A stretch of 64,000 nt of DNA from a virus. Taxonomy: Duplodnaviria; Caudoviricetes. How positions within the stretch are numbered: position 1 is the stretch's first letter; every line of letters begins with the position of its first letter. The position numbers and the translations under genes were made by a program. The notes under the pieces were generated by a model that was given only the letters and a program-made list of their open reading frames with translations, made no database searches and was not told the DNA's origin. Below, piece after piece: positions 59,467-64,000 of this stretch. The stretch is taken from IMG/VR virus record IMGVR_UViG_3300028591_000078, positions 32,001 through 96,000 of that record. One strand, given 5' to 3'.

Positions 59467-60709
59467 GTTTCTTCTTTCCTTTCTTAGCTTTTCTCTCGCG
59501 CTCTACCTCAGAATCATATTCAGCTTTAGCTACTACATAATCATTGATCTTATCAATTACATCTTCGATATTGTTCATGATTGTATCAGTAAAGCCAGTC
59601 TTAGCAGAATCTTCGATATAGTCGAGAGACATAATATTCTTTATTAAATAGTACGCATAAATATTTGACTCAAGATCCTTTAAGCTAAGATTCTCCATAG
59701 ACTTCCACATAGTATTTACAAACATGGTAAGCTCATTAAGAGTTCTATGCGGGAACTTTCTCTGAAGAATAGGTAAGCAGAGTGCTATATCATGTATATT
59801 AAACTGTGTATCTCTGTACTTATATACAAAGTCATCACAGAATCTTCTATACTTCTCTACATCTTTAGCAAGTCTAGATCTTACTTTACGATCATGCTCC
59901 ATTACATAATAGAGTTTATCATAGGTGTAAGAAGAAGTAAATGCTGCAGATACCTTTCTAAGCTTATCAGCCTCAATAGTCTTACCATCAGCTTCAAGCT
60001 TATCAGCTCTTTCAAGAAGTTCTTTCTCCATAGCATCCTTGATATACTCTGAATGCATATCTACAAGGCTAGGGATATTAAGCTCTTTCTTAATAGATTC
60101 CTCAAAATCTATTATCTCCTTATTAAATGCAGCATCCTGGATAAACTCATCCAGCATAGTATTAGTAAAGAATCTAAGCTGCTCTGGAGATGTAACTCCC
60201 ATTTCAGCTCCAGCCGTCTTTATCATTTCTTGTACTGATGTAGGAAGTGCATTGAATTTGGAGAATCTTTCTCCATTAGCATGACGATGTAATACATTCA
60301 AAAGCTGCATAGCATCCTCTGCAGAAAGATTCATATCTTCAGTGAAATGCTTCTTAATATCATCATCAAGAATCGGAAGTTTGGTAGGCTCATATTCATC
60401 TGTAAGCTCAGAAAGAGACTTATCAGATATAGGTCTTTCCTTAACCTCTACTTCAGCACCTACAGGTATATTAACTCCAGTAGCATTATCTACCTTCATA
60501 GTGCCTACAGTTTCTTCATCTTCAAGAACTTCAGTCTGTTCAGACTCAGTAATTTCTCTGATAGTCTGTATATCTTCATCATTCTTAGCATTATTCTCAA
60601 GAACATCGAGAACTGTATCAAGTTCCTGCTTGGTAATTCTCTCCTGTTCTTCCTGTTCTCTTATAGTCTTTTCAAGCTCTGCTTCAAAAAGCTGGTCTTC
60701 AGTCATCAT
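59459..60709 (-). CDS. Hypothetical protein
   Basis: 416 aa, coupled operon gene. Confidence 0.7.
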   Translation of the reverse strand: MMTEDQLFEAELEKTIREQEEQERITKQELDTVLDVLENNAKNDEDIQTIREITESEQTEVLEDEETVGTMKVDNATGVNIPVGAEVEVKERPISDKSLSELTDEYEPTKLPILDDDIKKHFTEDMNLSAEDAMQLLNVLHRHANGERFSKFNALPTSVQEMIKTAGAEMGVTSPEQLRFFTNTMLDEFIQDAAFNKEIIDFEESIKKELNIPSLVDMHSEYIKDAMEKELLERADKLEADGKTIEADKLRKVSAAFTSSYTYDKLYYVMEHDRKVRSRLAKDVEKYRRFCDDFVYKYRDTQFNIHDIALCLPILQRKFPHRTLNELTMFVNTMWKSMENLSLKDLESNIYAYYLIKNIMSLDYIEDSAKTGFTDTIMNNIEDVIDKINDYVVAKAEYDSEVERERKAKKGKKKHG

Positions 60710-61569
60710 TATGCATTTTCCCCTTCTATTGAATTTATATTTTCTTCAGCAGAGTCAGAATTATCTTCAAAATCTGCCTGTGTAGGAATTCCTACAGGTG
60801 TCTGTGCTCCACATCTCTTCTGAAGTTCAAGTCTGATATTGGTTACATTCAGAGGAAGTGTTGCATCATTGAGTACATACTTACTATATATATTTTTGAA
60901 GAAGTCACCATTAGGTGTTACTATATAATATAAGAACTGCTTGGCTGGATCTATAACAGAGAATGATAATACCGTATAGAATGATATATCCATTCCAGAC
61001 ATCTGGTATAAAACCGAAGCAAGATTGCTTGCTATTGCAGCAAGCTTAGGATCTTCATACATCTTCTTTGCATACATAGAAGAAGTATCTTTATTCTTCT
61101 TTATAGTACCCAAAGACATCATATCATAAATGGTATTAGCCTCATGAATGATGAAGGTTGTATAGAAGTTTATTACATAAGTATCGAAATTACATACAAG
61201 GAAATCATAGAGGCAGAATGCTGCTCCATAGTAATCTATATTACCATCATCTTTGAATGTAAGATCATATTCTTTACAAAGAATATCAATAATATTCTTA
61301 TAAGTTTCTATTCTAGTCTGCATAATCTCAGCACCTTCACCAGGATACTGGCTTTTAAGCTGAGTAAAATCCTGCTCTATAGCAGCGACGAAGTTAGGCA
61401 TCTGGATAACATTGCTATGTCTATTCATTCTCTGAGCTATATTAGTCTTAAGACTACTATAAATATACTCAGAGTTGAAGTGTGATAAAATATTAGCGAG
61501 CTCTCCTTCTGCTGCTATCTCGAATACTCTAGAATTTACAGCAAAATTCGGCTCAAACATCTGAGGCAT
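60709..61569 (-). CDS. Hypothetical protein
   Basis: 286 aa, late promoter at 61597-61608. Confidence 0.7.
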   Translation of the reverse strand: MPQMFEPNFAVNSRVFEIAAEGELANILSHFNSEYIYSSLKTNIAQRMNRHSNVIQMPNFVAAIEQDFTQLKSQYPGEGAEIMQTRIETYKNIIDILCKEYDLTFKDDGNIDYYGAAFCLYDFLVCNFDTYVINFYTTFIIHEANTIYDMMSLGTIKKNKDTSSMYAKKMYEDPKLAAIASNLASVLYQMSGMDISFYTVLSFSVIDPAKQFLYYIVTPNGDFFKNIYSKYVLNDATLPLNVTNIRLELQKRCGAQTPVGIPTQADFEDNSDSAEENINSIEGENA

Positions 61570-61644
61570 AAAGCTACGCTCCTTTACATTAGATTTTAAT
61601 TAAGTGTTTTAACCCATGTAAAATGGAAAAAATAAAGAGGACGA

Positions 61645-62397
61645 TCACTCGTCCTCTTTTTGTTTTTCTTCTTCCTCTTTGATCTTTGTAATCTCTTCTA
61701 CTATCGTATCTAGTTGTTCTTTATAATCATCTTTGCTAAGATCAACTCTTTTATAGATAGTATGATCATGAGTTAATTGACCAGACATAATTATCAGCAT
61801 AGGTATGAATATTCCACCTATAGTATTACCAAGAGTCATAAGAAGTATATAGATCAAACCTCTTAGAGTAAACTCTTGAGCGAGAACAAAGTAGCACATA
61901 TTAGCAACGCAGTGTTCAAACCCACATAGTATAAATACTGTTACAGGAAGCACTATGCCAGCTAACTGCATAGCAGATGGATTATTTTCAAACTTATCAT
62001 AAGAAAAAGCTGCTACATACATAAGTATGCCACAGAATACTGATAATATAAGTATACTTACAGGGTCATCAGTAAGCTTATTGTCTACTAAAGTTCTAGC
62101 TTTCTGCATAATATTCGGACCTATCCTTGTAAAGGATACCACTAGACCTACTAAACCGGCTCCTAGAAAATTTCCTATCCATACAGGTATCATATATGCA
62201 GTGTATTTGGGTGGCTTATTTAATGCAAATCCTATCTTACCAGTATACAGACTAGCATTAGATGTAAGTATAGCATATAAGCCAATACTAAATAACAGTG
62301 CTCCAATTACCGGATTCTCACAAGATAGATATATAGTACATCCTATTCCTATAAAGAGTCCTGCTGCTATACCTTTGAAAAGTTCATATCTAACCAT
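61645..62397 (-). CDS. Formate/nitrite transporter (FNT) family channel
   Basis: Multiple TM segments; AGLFIGIG, LYTG, WIGNFLG, FILCGFEHCVANM and TLGNTIGG are FNT signature motifs. Confidence 0.88.
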   Translation of the reverse strand: MVRYELFKGIAAGLFIGIGCTIYLSCENPVIGALLFSIGLYAILTSNASLYTGKIGFALNKPPKYTAYMIPVWIGNFLGAGLVGLVVSFTRIGPNIMQKARTLVDNKLTDDPVSILILSVFCGILMYVAAFSYDKFENNPSAMQLAGIVLPVTVFILCGFEHCVANMCYFVLAQEFTLRGLIYILLMTLGNTIGGIFIPMLIIMSGQLTHDHTIYKRVDLSKDDYKEQLDTIVEEITKIKEEEEKQKEDE

Positions 62398-62398
62398 T

Positions 62399-62845
62399 TT
62401 ACTCTCCTTTTAGCCTCTTATTTCCAGATATCATTCTATTAGTCTGGAGAGACTGTGTATTCTCATGATGTATTGTTACATTATGCTCTATAGCATCGTG
62501 AAGTCTGGTATTATCTATCAGAATTTCTTCACCATGCACTAATTCTGTAGCTCTTTCTTCTCTATCAAAAGGATCATGTTTATTAGTCCATTTTGTCTGA
62601 GATACTACAGTGTTAGTTTTAGACTCTTTATCATCAAGAGTCTTCTCTAAGACACCAAAATATCTATATGCTTTCCTAAGAGGAATATCTATAGACTTTA
62701 CAGTATCTTCTACTTCTACTTCAATAGTATTAGCTCGTCCTGCATATGCCTTATATAAATGAGGCTTATAGCCTTTGCTGACAAGAATATCAGCAAAGGC
62801 CTTAAGGTTAGCATAGTCAGGATCTCTAATGATTATTTTACCCAT
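62399..62845 (-). CDS. Hypothetical protein
   Basis: 148 aa, coupled to the RNAP subunit gene. Confidence 0.65.
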   Translation of the reverse strand: MGKIIIRDPDYANLKAFADILVSKGYKPHLYKAYAGRANTIEVEVEDTVKSIDIPLRKAYRYFGVLEKTLDDKESKTNTVVSQTKWTNKHDPFDREERATELVHGEEILIDNTRLHDAIEHNVTIHHENTQSLQTNRMISGNKRLKGE

Positions 62846-64000
62846 TAGTAATCCTCCTCATCTTCAATATGGATAAACGGATCAATGATCTTTCTATCAT
62901 CACCTTCACCTTTAACTCCTTCAACTATGTGTTCAGTATTATAGAGGAAGTCTTGAGGTTTAGTCATAAAGAACAGATCAAGGAATGAAGGTTTATTCTT
63001 TCTGAATGTAAGAGGATTATACAGAGTCTTACTAAGTCTCTGATAACTCATCGTTACAGTTACAGAAGGATTGTCTGTTAAAGCTCCATTAAGAGTCAAG
63101 ATCTGATAAGGAGCGTCAGGAACAGACCAATCTGGATTCTCTAGGATCAGCTCAGAATCTCTCAGCTGATTTGCGAGTATGATCTCACAGTGTACACCAC
63201 TAATAGTGATATCACCTTCAATGATAGCTTCAATGAATGTCTGAAGCAACTGATGTCTGTCCATAGATTTTGTGATAGCATTCTTATTGATGACATCCAT
63301 AATTCTATTCATAGCCTTAGACAGCTCATTATTATGGATGATTACAAGGAATATCGGAATGTCTACCAGATACTGTAATGGTATGATAAGTTTATTATCA
63401 TCTCCAGGTATAGCTTTACGTCTGATTACCTCATTAAGCTCATTAGTTATATAGAGCTTATCAAGTTCCTCAGTACCAATACTTACCTGTTTACCATTAG
63501 GATCTTCTATAATGAAGTCTGTTATATACTCATTATAGTGCTCTGAGTCTTCAGAGCTATAAGAATCGTCATCATAATCACTCTTCTGGAAATCATCTTC
63601 ATTCTCCATACATATAGAGTCTGCATTAATGATCATATTAAATCCCTTAGTAGGAATTCCAGATACAAGCTGTATGATATTACCATCTACCTCGAAGTAA
63701 GTAGAGAATTCTACAACCCATTTCATCTTCTTGATAATTGTCTCAAGCAGATGCTTTGCAGACAGAAGTCTCTGAGTAAGCTGAGAAGTCAGAATCTCCG
63801 CAGCCATCTTACCTACAAGTATATCATGGTTTATATATGCAAGATCTCCATAGCACTTATAGCATACTCCATGTCCTCTAGCTCTAGAAAGACAGGTCAT
63901 AGGAGACCTAAGATATATAGTTTTACCTATAAGATGTGTATCATTTTCAGATATTACAAACTCTTCACCATCAGGTCTGAATCTATAATATCTATCTACA
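62845..64000 (-). CDS. rpoC: Phage multisubunit RNA polymerase beta' C-terminal subunit (5' partial)
   Basis: Frame is open to the window end; LRSPMTC...VCYKCYG (Zn site), GKMAAEILTSQLTQRLLSAKH (trigger-loop region), VHCEIILANQLR. Confidence 0.85.
   Translation of the reverse strand, partial: VDRYYRFRPDGEEFVISENDTHLIGKTIYLRSPMTCLSRARGHGVCYKCYGDLAYINHDILVGKMAAEILTSQLTQRLLSAKHLLETIIKKMKWVVEFSTYFEVDGNIIQLVSGIPTKGFNMIINADSICMENEDDFQKSDYDDDSYSSEDSEHYNEYITDFIIEDPNGKQVSIGTEELDKLYITNELNEVIRRKAIPGDDNKLIIPLQYLVDIPIFLVIIHNNELSKAMNRIMDVINKNAITKSMDRHQLLQTFIEAIIEGDITISGVHCEIILANQLRDSELILENPDWSVPDAPYQILTLNGALTDNPSVTVTMSYQRLSKTLYNPLTFRKNKPSFLDLFFMTKPQDFLYNTEHIVEGVKGEGDDRKIIDPFIHIEDEEDY

Noticed and set aside
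1-64000. tRNA, rRNA or integrase genes
   Set aside because: No cloverleaf with T-loop/D-loop consensus, rRNA-like segment or recombinase motif was recognised by eye; tRNAscan-SE/Infernal was not run

Overview
Part of an AT-rich jumbo myophage genome of the phiKZ/AR9(PBS1)-like type. The host is probably a Bacillota member (strong GGAGG ribosome-binding sites, GH73/M23/SH3b-like cell-wall modules). The window holds a >3,570-aa tape-measure/lysin protein (5' end outside the window), baseplate proteins, a cluster of paralogous internal head proteins, a probable major capsid protein, portal, tail sheath and tube. It also holds two different RNA polymerase beta'-C-terminal fragments, the exonuclease/motif-A half of a split family-B DNA polymerase, RusA, dCTP deaminase, a PC4/YdbC-like ssDNA-binding protein and a formate/nitrite channel. 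Two phage promoter classes can be read from the intergenic DNA: AACA-N6-TA (AR9 late-type) and TATATTAT-N5-TGA (early-type). Two elements stand out. (1) A ~1.8-kb non-coding array (49704-51493) of ~51 units of 35 bp, each made of two alternating conserved boxes separated by two hypervariable 8-nt segments. This resembles a TIGR-type dual-spacer guide array; it has a promoter motif at one end and a hairpin at the other, but no recognisable Nop-domain effector lies in the window. (2) A duplicated module (about 13690-14030 and 34826-35200), missed by the ORF track, in which an early promoter drives a structured leader and a conserved 40/51-aa peptide, while a convergent late promoter would drive a cis-antisense RNA over that peptide gene. 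All protein calls come from motif recognition by eye; no database search was run.
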